Positions 11,633 to 22,121 of a DNA stretch of 64,000 bases are shown here, piece by piece. Within the stretch, counting starts at the first letter, position 1. Every line of letters begins with the position of its first letter. This DNA is from Macrostomum lignano (taxonomy: Eukaryota), in contig NIVC01003187.1 in assembly GCA_002269645.1 (NCBI GenBank), positions 49,417 to 113,416 on the forward strand, written 5' to 3'. Under the pieces are notes generated by a model. The model saw nothing but the letters and a program-made list of their open reading frames with translations, was not told the DNA's origin and made no database searches. A program made the position numbers and the translations under genes.

Positions 11633-12149
11633 TACCCGGTGCCGACGGCATCGTGATGACGAAATGCTTGAGAGACTGTCTGCGCGGATGTCCAGCATGG
11701 CTTGCCTGCACTATCGAGGCTTGATCAGCGAAACTTGAGATATTCGCTTCAGGATGTCATTATCTTAGTCACCTGCTGCCACCTGTTGAAGGTCCAGCAG
11801 CTCCGCCTGAGGGAAGGCCAGTGACCAATGAAGTCAAGAGCTGATGCAGGCACATGTGGTCGGCGTGCTGATGAAATTTGGAGGCTTGGCAAGGCGGCAC
11901 TGAATACACTAGTGCTTATGGAAAAAATCCGACCATCTGGCAGAATCGTTGAATATCTCGATATTCCAGAGAGCTGGCGACTTGATTCTTGTTTGAGAAG
12001 GTGCGCAACAAAAATTTTGCCCGTGTTCTTGAATTTCATGTGCCTGCGTTGCTCCGTTCCGGCGCAGCAAAAAATGTCAGGGGGACGTCTTAATTGCTCT
12101 ACGGGCGAAGAAATGACTTGATATTCCTACCGTTAAACTCGCGAACTTG

Positions 12150-12470
12150 GTCGCAAATGTCTATGGCAAAACCCTTAGTCTTACTAGACTGTACGCAGAT
12201 CTCTGTAGCATTGAACTGGCAAACTTTGTCGCAAATGTCTATGTCAAAGCCCTTAGTCTTACTAGACTGTACGAGCTATGCAGATCTCTGTAGCATTGAA
12301 CTGGCAAACTTTGTCGCGTCGCAAATGTCTATGGCAAAACCCTTAGTCTTACTAGACTGTACGCAGATCTCTGTAGCATTGAACTGGCAAACTTTGTCGC
12401 AAATGTCTATGTCAAAACCCTTAGTCTTACTAAACTGTATGCAGATCTCTGTAGCATTGAACTGGCAACT
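12150..12470. repeat. ~78-bp tandem repeat, about 4 copies
   Basis: GTCGCAAATGTCTATG(G/T)CAAAACCCTTAGTCTTACTAGACTGTA...GCATTGAACTGGCAAACTTT repeated. Confidence 0.9.
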
Positions 12471-13697
12471 TGGTCTCAGGCACTGTATATTCTGCAAACA
12501 CCGATTTGGGATCAAATCATACGACCGAAGCTTCAGAAGGTTTTCCCAGCTATCTACTCGTTCGCTACTTGTGAGCTGCGGGCAGCCACTATCACAACGG
12601 TTTCGGCAAAAGACACGAGAAAGCAATTACGAATAAATAGGAAGGCTTAAAGCATGCTCATAGAGTGTATATCATACCTTGCAAAGCTGCTGAAGTCATG
12701 TCAGAGCATCAATTTTTTATCAAAGTCTCATTATGTTATTATTTATTTAGGCCCTCTGCCTGTCACAGCTAGCTGTCAAAGCATCTGCAAACATAATGAT
12801 TTTGCGTGTTTGTTGAGCACTTTTACTTCTATAACATGAGACAAAGCTATTTAATTTTGAATTTCGCTTTGACATCGATGGTCATCCATCTTACTTTTAT
12901 CTGGTAAGGGGGGTTATCGAGCAATTATCTTGACCGAAACGGCGACTTTGAAGATCCAATTAACTCGGGGCTGCGGGGGCGGGGGCTTGTGTCGGTGGGC
13001 TGTTCTGCGATTCAAACAACCCATGACGAGGTCCAGCCACTAAGACATACATGTAGAGAGTGTACATGCCCGACGATTCGAAATTCAGGGTCAGCGGAAT
13101 GTCAAGAGTTGCCCCAGCGCGCTTGCTGCTGAGTTGCCCTCGTAACCCTGCTGCGAATGCTAATTAATTATGGTGCGGGTTCAGCACTCAAGGAAGCACC
13201 CGGCCTTCGGCTGCTGGACAGACTGAGCAACACCGCTGGCGGGCCCTCTTGGCCCTTAGAGTCTTCTCTCATCCCATGCTTAACGAGTTCGCTGTGCCGA
13301 TATAGCATTTCTGGACAAAAATAGCTTGATAAACTTGTGAGTCCACTTTGGGCAAAACACCTACAAGCTACTCGCTTTGTTTGCGAGCGCAGCGTCTTTG
13401 ATACTTATTCGGAAACAAACTATGAGTATTGACTACACTGTGAATAGCAGCTTGTTTCATAAATAGTATCAGTCCATTTTCTGTTTCAATCATAGCAAAC
13501 AAACTGTGTATCTCCTAGCGCAAACAGCTAACTGGAAAATACTCGACAGCTCGAGTCTGAAAGCCAATGGGAAGATAGCGGCCTAGTCAGCCAGTCGATA
13601 AATAAGACAGGACAGCAACGCTCCGGCTACGCAGCACTCGGCTCCGCCTCGCTCTCCTCGAAACCTTGAACCTTAACCGAACCTCAACCGAACTGAG

Positions 13698-14021
13698 ATG
13701 CAACCAGTTACAGTGGTTCTACCGATTCTGCTTCTGCTGGCGACGGTGCAGCAGTCCTCAGCCGCCGCGATCACTGCTGGCGATGTGGACTCAACGGACG
13801 AAACGGTCGCTGACCTCGCCCGACACTGCGACATTCGGCGCCGACTGAAACTGCCCACTCCGGCGGCGCTGTGCGTTGAGCTGCTGCGGGACAGGGCCGC
13901 GGACGCGCCGCCAGACAAGCGGGCGTGGCTGCAGTCGTCGCAGCTGTCCTACCAGAGATTCATGGACAAAATGCGCGAGGGTGACGAGAAGCAGCGGTAC
14001 AATGTCATGCGATACGGCTGA
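13698..14021 (+). CDS. Single-exon secreted neuropeptide precursor, 107 aa; predicted 31-residue C-terminal amidated peptide ending RYNVMRY-NH2
   Basis: Hydrophobic signal peptide MQPVTVVLPILLLLATVQQSSA; RRR and KR basic sites; terminal Gly-stop amidation signal; AATAAA signals at about 14082-14098. Confidence 0.85.
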   Translation: MQPVTVVLPILLLLATVQQSSAAAITAGDVDSTDETVADLARHCDIRRRLKLPTPAALCVELLRDRAADAPPDKRAWLQSSQLSYQRFMDKMREGDEKQRYNVMRYG

Positions 14022-14879
14022 GATGCAAATAGATTCCCTTCTATCTGACGAGTTCGCTCCTCTGTTGTTGTCATCAAGTTGAATAAATTATTAATAAATT
14101 TCAGCTTGTGGAGCATGAATCTATTTTAAATGATTCTTAGCGGCTACTTCTATCTGTATTGGTTTTTATCTATCTATTACAGACTGCATTTTGGCGAAAA
14201 TTCTCTTATAATATTTAATATATTTCCCATGGGCCTTCACTAAAAAAGAGTCGACCCAAGGACCGCTAGGAACACTTCGAGTAGTAGTCCTTGGATCGAT
14301 CCTGGCCTCGTTTAATAGGTATCATTCGATCATTGCTTGATTAATAAGCTTTGTTAGAATCCCACTGGCAGCCAATGTAGATATAGGAAAAAGAGTAGAG
14401 CGGGCATACAATTGGTACTGAAGCAATTGACAAAATTATTGATCCCATTTAGATAGCAATTTATGCTTTAAGCGTTTTGCTCATTCTAATCTCTCCAAGA
14501 GCTCATCAGTCATAGGCTCATATTTCGCATTGTTCACTCTTGGAGACAATATGATCCGAGTTTCTTAATGCATTTGCTTTGACAAATTGGAGAAAATGCA
14601 TTGGGACTGTCATATAGTTTCCGAAAATACCCAGCAGTCCGGCCCTCGAGAAAGGAGTCAGCAGAGTTCGATTTCTGATCCGCGTTATGCACGGAAGTGA
14701 TCGGACTGATAGAATTATTAAATATGACTTCATGGCGTGAACTAATTAACTAATTTCTCTGATGCAATAAAGTGTCTGTCGGACTTGACAGGGAGCTGAT
14801 CGGTGCTACACTGCTCAGGTTTTGTAACACATCGCAGTGGGCGACCTAAACACTCCATTAAAATCGGTGGTGGTTACTA

Positions 14880-15652
14880 AATGCTCACACAAATGGTACT
14901 CACACAAACGTTGCTCACACAAATGGTGCTCACACAAATTGAGCTCACACAAATGGTGCTCACAGAAATGGTGCTCACACAAATGGTGCTCACACAAATA
15001 ATGCTTACACAAATAGTGCTCACACAAATGGTCCTCACACAAATAGTGCTCACACAAATGGTGCTCACACGAAAAATGCTCACACAAATGGTGCTCACAC
15101 AAATTAAGCTCACAGAAATGGTTCTCACATAAATAGTGCTTACACAAATAGTGCTCACACAAATAGTGCTTACACAAATGGTGCTCACGCAAATGGTGCT
15201 CACACAAATGGTGCTCACAAAAATGGTGCTCACACAAATAATGCTTACACAAATGGTGCTCACACAAATGGTGCTCACACAAATAATGCTCACACAAATA
15301 GTGCTCAAACAAATAGTGCTCACACAAATAGTGCTCACACAAATAGTGCTCAAACAAATAGTGCTCACACAAATAGTGCTCACACAAATAGTGCTCACAC
15401 AAATAGTGCTCACACAAATAGTGCTCACACAAATGGTGCTCACACAAATAGTGCTCACACAAATAGTGCTCAAACAAATAGTGCTCACACAAATGGTGCT
15501 CACACAAATAGTTCTCACACAAATAGTGCTCACACAAATAGTGCTCACACAAATGGTGCTCACACAAATAGTTCTCACACAAATAGTGCTCACACAAATG
15601 GTGCTCACACAAATAGTTCTCACACAAATAGTGCTCACACAAATGGTGCTCA
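14880..15652. repeat. 15-bp minisatellite (GTGCTCACACAAATR), about 51 copies; related short array at about 16295-16425
   Basis: Direct inspection; the unit length is a multiple of 3, which explains the CEHYL / VLTQI / STICV ORFs. Confidence 0.96.
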
Positions 15653-16753
15653 CCCGTGTTTCAAATCCGCAACTGGACCAGCTATGGTACGGGTCATTTT
15701 TTCACCACATTTATTCCACGCTTGAGTTTCCGAAGCTGGCTACTGAAGAGTAGGAAGAATCGTGCAGAATCTGCTTCTATACTACCGAGTAGAACATACG
15801 AACTATACTAAGCATTCTGCAATTCATTATTACTTGCATATTAAAGCAAGCCGCAATGTTTGCCAAGCAAAAGTAATTTGTGCTTCGAGCATGAGCAGCG
15901 CCTCTGCTTGGCCTGTCCTCCAAATGTATCATTCGGTGGTGCGTCTGCAAATCACAACAAAAAGAATTACCAGTTTTCTGACAGGCCGCGGCAGCAGCCA
16001 ACTTGGACTCAAAAGTTATATAGAAGGCCAATCTTTTTAATTACGCGGTTTGGAGCTGGGGGCCTGCCTCTCTATGTGAATGTGTGTCAGTTCAGGCAGA
16101 CCTGAGCCGTGGAGTCCTTGAATTACAATCTAGAGTTGGAAACTCTCTTATCTTAACCCGAATTTTACACACAGCATAGGTAGGTGCGAAGCTGCTACAG
16201 CTTCACTGTTCGGGGCCACCCTGTTCAGCATTTGCAACACGTGACAGTGAGAGGACAAAACTTTCAATTGAAATCGTATTAACAGAAAGTGGTAATGATC
16301 ACACAAATGGTGATCACACAAATGGTGATCACACAAATGGTGCTCACACAAATGGTGATCACTGATCACACAAATGGTGATCAGTGATCACACAAATGGT
16401 GATCACACAAATGATTCTTACACAGATTGAAATTCCTCGTATTCTCAGTTATTCTTTATAAAAATATAAAATTAACAGTCTTCTGCTAAAAGGCAAAACC
16501 CTAGGTGTCTTAAATATGAGGGTTTTGACTCTTTTTGAGTAGTTGTTAATTGAGAAGTTGAGAAGTTGAGAAGTTGTTTGCTAACTCTACTCCAAATTCT
16601 GGTTCCAGGTCGCCTTGACTGCTGAGTGCGGTGGACCTTAAGTGCAAACCCTTACAGTTTAAAATAGGAGGGTGTCAGCTGACAGCGACCTTGAATGCTG
16701 GCCAATGAGAGCTCAGGAAGCAAACTGGAAAGAGGAGAAGTGGACATAACCGC

Positions 16754-16759
16754 TATAAA
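16754..16759 (+). promoter_or_regulatory. Candidate TATA box of the PPP1R3-like gene
   Basis: TATAAA in GCTATAAAGGG about 85 bp upstream of the ATG at 16841; CCAAT-like GGCCAATG at about 16700. Confidence 0.45.
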
Positions 16760-16840
16760 GGGTTTAAGCTAGCACACTGAGCGGGCAGTTTTTCCAGCAG
16801 CGAGAGAAGGCAGCATCCAGCCGCAAGAACCGGTTTAGCA

Positions 16841-17719
16841 ATGTGCCAGTTTAAAGTAGTCAACCAGCAGCAGCAGGCGGCTGGCGGCTGCCAGTGCCGC
16901 TGCGGCCAGCAACTGGAAGCCCCGCCTGCTTCTACAACAACTGACGAGTTGCGTCAGCTACCCGTAGAGATTCTCGCCAGGTACGTGAGCGTCAGGCGGC
17001 CCCTAGAAGCATGCCATCGGACAGTCTCGGACACTACGTCGGCCTATTCGCCAGCCTTGGCGGCCCAGCTGACAGCCAGCGGCGAGCCGGGCTGCGCCAA
17101 CGGAAGGCGACACCGAGTCCGTTTCGCCGACGACATGGGCCGGTCGCTGATCGAGATTCGACTGTACCAGCCGGACCCGCCCACCTGCTTCGATAACGAA
17201 TTGGAAGACAAACAGCAGGACAGCGACTGGCAGACAGAGCTGGACGATAGCTACCAAGATGCGCCAAGGCTCGTGTGCGACTTCGAGCTGCTGAGCCGGG
17301 AGCAGGTGCTGGCGTCACTAACAACTGATGGCATTCGACTAGAGAAGCTGGGCCTGAACCTGCGCACCAGCTGTATCGTCGGCAGGGCCGTGGTGACCAA
17401 CCTGGTCTACCAGAAGCGAGTCTTTGTCCGCGTCACCCTGGACGCCTGGCGCACCTATGTCGACGTGGACGCCACCTTTGCCGGATCAATCGACAACCGG
17501 TTGGACGCGTTTGCCTTCCGGTTGCCGCTGTCCGCAGCTGAGGGTCTGGATCTGGCCAACGAGCCTGCCGAGTTCGAATTCTGTCTCGGCTTTGAGTCCG
17601 GCCTGGAGCCGGCCGACAGGCGCTGCCTGTGGGACAGCAACGGCGGTAGGAACTATCGGGCCTCGCTGCTGCCGCCACCTCGGCGGGCCACGTTTTGCAT
17701 TGACAGCGACGAAGAGTGA
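16841..17719 (+). CDS. PPP1R3: Protein phosphatase 1 glycogen-targeting regulatory subunit (PPP1R3 family, CBM21 domain), intronless, 292 aa
   Basis: PP1-docking RVxF motif (RRHRVRFADDMG) followed by CBM21 hallmarks (GRAVVTNLVYQKRVFVRVTLDAW, DAFAFRL, EFCL, WDSNGGRNY); the paralogue cannot be assigned. Confidence 0.9.
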   Translation: MCQFKVVNQQQQAAGGCQCRCGQQLEAPPASTTTDELRQLPVEILARYVSVRRPLEACHRTVSDTTSAYSPALAAQLTASGEPGCANGRRHRVRFADDMGRSLIEIRLYQPDPPTCFDNELEDKQQDSDWQTELDDSYQDAPRLVCDFELLSREQVLASLTTDGIRLEKLGLNLRTSCIVGRAVVTNLVYQKRVFVRVTLDAWRTYVDVDATFAGSIDNRLDAFAFRLPLSAAEGLDLANEPAEFEFCLGFESGLEPADRRCLWDSNGGRNYRASLLPPPRRATFCIDSDEE

Positions 17720-20601
17720 CGGAGATGCAGGAGATGACTGAGCACTAATAATAAGATTACTGGGATGTGCTCACAATCTTATGTTGTTAATTACGATAAA
17801 ATTTAAAATTAATTCGTATAAATGCATATCATACAACATGCATAGGATCAACGCTAGCTATAAAATACTCTGGGAAAATGCGTTTCATTGTTCTGCATTT
17901 TCAAGAAGCGAAGTATTTTAGAAAGTAATAAGTCCGGATTCAAAATTTTACCGCTATACACTATAAAACACTAGCTTATAGTTCTAAATTGTGAAATGAG
18001 CTTTATTTGATTATTCTGTGTTGTATTGACCTGCGCAGACTGTTAATTGGACCCACTTCGATCGATAGGTCGTGTAAATTTCGTATGCTAGATTAATTGT
18101 TCATCCTGGTGTCCGATGCGCTATTTCTCATTTTTTACATGCTAAACAATTAAATGCATGCTGTTTATTTTTGTAGAGAATATAACAGACTATTTTATCT
18201 AGATCGCGTCGCACTATTTATTCATGCGCGTATCATGCATCGTCATCCTGTCATCGTGTCCTCGTGTCACCGTGTCGTTGTACTTTAACAAATTTTAAAT
18301 CGAGTGTACTAAAACAAAATCATTATGTCTGGTATAGCTAGGACATACCGCGTACATGCTAACCGATATCAAACTAAACTATGACGTCATATTATTAATA
18401 TAGTTAGTATGAAGTTTGGAATTTAATATAATGATAATAATCTTCTACTATTGTCATTTTTGTCGCTAAAAAACTTTTTAAAAGCCTTGTTCCTTTTAAA
18501 AAAGTTTACAACTAAGCAACAATTTTATTAAATAAATAACAATTACAAAAGAAAAATAACTATTGCTTAATGTATAACGCACATATTTTAGCTATAATTA
18601 CTAATTAATAGCAATATCCTTGGTGGCTTTTACTGATTTTATTTAAAAGACAGCAAATAAACTAACTAAAAATGCAGGTCAAAATTTTATATACTCGTAG
18701 AATTCTATAAAAATCAGTTCAACCCTAACCGCGAGGTCAAAGCAGTCAGTTTATTGTCAAATTAATATATATTTAGAAAAATCTGGCTTATTGAATTTTT
18801 GACAACGTGCCCCAGGCACGTTTTTAGCTCAGAAAACCGTTATGAGCCAAGCCTTCTTAATCACATATAATTTATAGTCCTTTTTAGATTTTGGAAATCT
18901 CTGACCTCCACCTGTCGAGTTTATTTACCAAGTTTTGCTCGAATCTCCGCTTATAAGAGCGTACTGGAGGCATAGAGAGTCTAGTAAAAGTTAAATTCTC
19001 GTATCTGTCTCCAAAACCATGCAGTCCTGCTTTCAAAACACACAGTGCACTTTCTCAATCTGCTTTTTTGTAGGAGTGCTGAACGCTATTAGTCAACATA
19101 CAAAAATAGCTCTCGAAAGAACTGTGCAATGAGGCAATGGTCATTCTAATGACGTTTTTTGCTGGTTGAGCAGTATGAATGCGCTCACAATCTCTCGTAA
19201 TGAATGTAACCACCCAAATACGTCACGAACCTACTTCATCACTGCAAGCGAGGTGCAAGGGTTTATTGAAACGAAAAATTTTCAGACAACTCGAATTGCA
19301 TGAATTGAGGACTTGAGGCTTGAGTAGAAACCTTCATTTAGTTAGTTTAATATAATTACGGCATTAGGGCGGAAAATAACTTTAAGGCCTATAGTCTGCT
19401 ATTTGCATGCGACATTGGGTTGAATTTGGTGCACTAAATTAGCATGCGGAAACAGTCGATTTTGGTGTGAAGAACTAATTCTGTCAGCAGCTGACACACT
19501 GCACTGGAGATTGCATGCAGTATAAAGCCGTCCCTGGAAGGAAAAGCAACCCTTTTTTCAGTACAAATCACTTTTTTTTACTGTTTTTTTCTATTGAGTC
19601 ACATGCTCACTTGGTCCTGTACCATTGAATGATTTTTCCTAGAAAAAACCTGGATAGTCCTCACCTCACCTTTACGCCCCCTGTGGGGGGGCGCTTCATA
19701 AGACCTAAATTTCACAACGCCTAAAGCACATGACTTCACATCACCTAAATTTCACATCGCCTAAATTTCACAACGCCTAAAATTTCTGCACGCTCCTTCA
19801 CATCGCCTAAATTTCATATCGCCTAAATTTCATAACGCCTAAAACCGAAAATGCATCCTACTTCATATCGCCTAAATTTCATATCGCCTAAATTTCACAA
19901 CGCCTAAAAATCTGCATGCTCTTTCATATCGCCTAAACTTCATATCGCCTAAATTTCACAACACCTAAAACTGAATGTGAAGGAGAGAAGCAAAGATTTT
20001 AGGCGTTGTGAAATTTAGGCGATATGAAATTTAGGCGATGTGAAGGAGGCTGCACTTTTGATTTTAGGCGTTGTGAAATTTAGGCGATATGAAATTTAGG
20101 CGTTGTGAAGTGTGGTGGTTTTAGGGCCGGGGCTGTTGCCCCCAGGACCCCGGGTCCTGCACGTAATGGCGTGGTGAACTATCTGTGCAGTATGAGACTG
20201 GTATGGCCTTTATCCCAGCCAGCGATGCTCACACCTGCCTCCCCTGGCGGGCTGATAGCTCAAGAGACTCTGTCTCCTGATTTTCACCTTGCAAGGCGCA
20301 CTTCGAAGGGTACTCGTCCCGTGGGTGTTAAGGCAGGCCCCCTTGGGCCCTGCCGAGCTGATTCGTTGGCGCCGGGTCCTGGTGTGACCATAAACGCACC
20401 CTCTAATGTCCCAGTGTAACTCCGTGCTGATGGACGCTTGGCCAGGGAGTAGTCTGGTCGCTAACGGTTCCCCTTGCGCTTTTGGGTCCCCCCGCAGGGT
20501 GGTATTTTGCTTTTTGGGGGCCTGCCGCTTGGTTTGGGGTTGCGGCCTTGCGGCTCTTTGCCTGTGTTCTGCAGGAAGTCCCACCTTTTTACTTCCAGCC
20601 A

Positions 20602-22121
20602 ATGGCTTCTAACCGAAGTAACAAACCGGCTGTGGATGACACAGTGCCTCCGGCCTCGGCTGGGGCCGTGGACTCCTCGGCCATACCACCTGCTACCATC
20701 GGGGACGCCTCGGCGAGACCCGTGGAGCCAACTCTGAGCGGTGCCTCCGAGAAGACACCTGCTACTCCAGCTGCTAAGAAACGCAGCACCACCTCTGGAG
20801 CTGCCCGCCGTCGACTTAACAAGGCGAGGCGGGCCAAGGAGGGCGGAAGCCAAACCGGTGCCAGGGGCCAACGGCCCGCGGCAGCGGAAGCTTCCCAGTC
20901 TGGGGCGGTGGCGGAAGAGGGCCTCGAGCCCACGGAAGCCCCTGCCCAGGATAGGGAGGCCGATGCAGCCGGGAGGGTGGACAGCCCACCTGAAGAAAGC
21001 TCCACTGACCCCGGGCCTCCTACGCTGATGCGGCAAAGAGGCAACCGGCGGTTGTCATCCTGGGAAAGGACGCGCGCCTGTCTCCCGATCAGCTGAAGCA
21101 GGTGAGAAGTGCCGTTGATGGCCTCCTGTGGAAGCAAACTCTGAAGGGCACGCCTCTGAACATTCATTCGAATGCGACGAGGGACTCGTGCCTTCTCATT
21201 TGGCCCAGTGATGCTGACTCGGGTCGGCGGCTCCTTGAGCTGCTGCCCGAGCAGAGCTGGGACCTCAACCTAGCCTTCTGCAGAGAGGACGAGCGCCCCC
21301 GGACCAAGAGGCATCGAATCTGGGTCCCGGCCAGGAGCGTTGTTACCTCTGCTGACGAGCTCCGGAAAGGACTGCTAGCAGTCAACCGGGAGCTTCCCGC
21401 CGCGGGCCTAGTGGTGCATGACACCCTTAAGCGCACCGACGGCACTGGCTTCACAGCCATCCTGGGGCTGTCGGACGCCTGGATGAGGCGTTATCCACAC
21501 GGCAGCTTCATCAACGTCGGCCTTTGGAAGCTGCGCATCCGCTCCTACGAGGCCGACCCTCCCCGTGGCAGTGAGCAGGGCGGGCGGGATGCGGAGGCGG
21601 CCGGGGCCGAGGCGCAAGCCTCTGCTCAGACTGCCAAAGCAAACCGCCCTGCCCGGCAGCACGGCCGCGCGGGCAAAGCTGAGCGCGCTGCTGAGGGCGG
21701 AGGCGACCGACGCCCGGCGCGTAGCACCAAGCGGCGCGGCCTGTACCAGCGTGCAGCTGAGGCAGTCCGTACCGCCAAAATCTCCCAGCTGAGGCGAGAG
21801 GTCGCCGGGACGCCTAGGCGCACCAGTTCGTCCAGGGAGGGTGGGGACGTCCCAGCTGGGCCCAACCCCTCGGGGCAGGGCCGACTGGAGACGGACCCGC
21901 CTGCCCAGGCGGCTGGCTGCTCCAGGGCATTGGGCCAATCTGAGGCGGAGGACCCCATGGATGGTGGGCAAAGGGCGGCGAACGCTGCCTACTGCCTTCC
22001 GGCCAATCGGGGGCCTTTTGCTGAAGAAGAGCCCATGGACACCGGCGACCCCGACCCGAAGCCGGTGAGCGCCGAGGAGGAGGAGGAACTCCTGGCGGCT
22101 GCAACATCCGATCTGCAATGA
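20602..22121 (+). pseudogene. LINE ORF1 (gag-like), one apparent -1 frameshift near 21020
   Basis: ATG at 20602; ORF pieces 20482-21096 and 21102-22121 are in different frames and join if one base is restored near CCTACGCTGATGCGG; position upstream of ORF2. Confidence 0.75.

Noticed and set aside
10731-12121. Short ORFs that might be remnants of a transposase or host gene
   Set aside because: No recognisable motif, frequent stops, and no consistent splice pattern
14815-15753. Cys/His-rich CEHYL-repeat ORF resembling a metal-binding or adhesive protein
   Set aside because: A 15-bp unit keeps several frames open on both strands; no ATG or signal peptide, and the variation is not confined to third codon positions. 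It would be revived only by stranded RNA-seq plus peptide evidence
20126-20600. HDV-like self-cleaving ribozyme at the LINE 5' end (known for some non-LTR clades)
   Set aside because: I could not assemble a consistent P1-P2-P3-P1.1 fold by eye; an RNArobo or Infernal search would be needed
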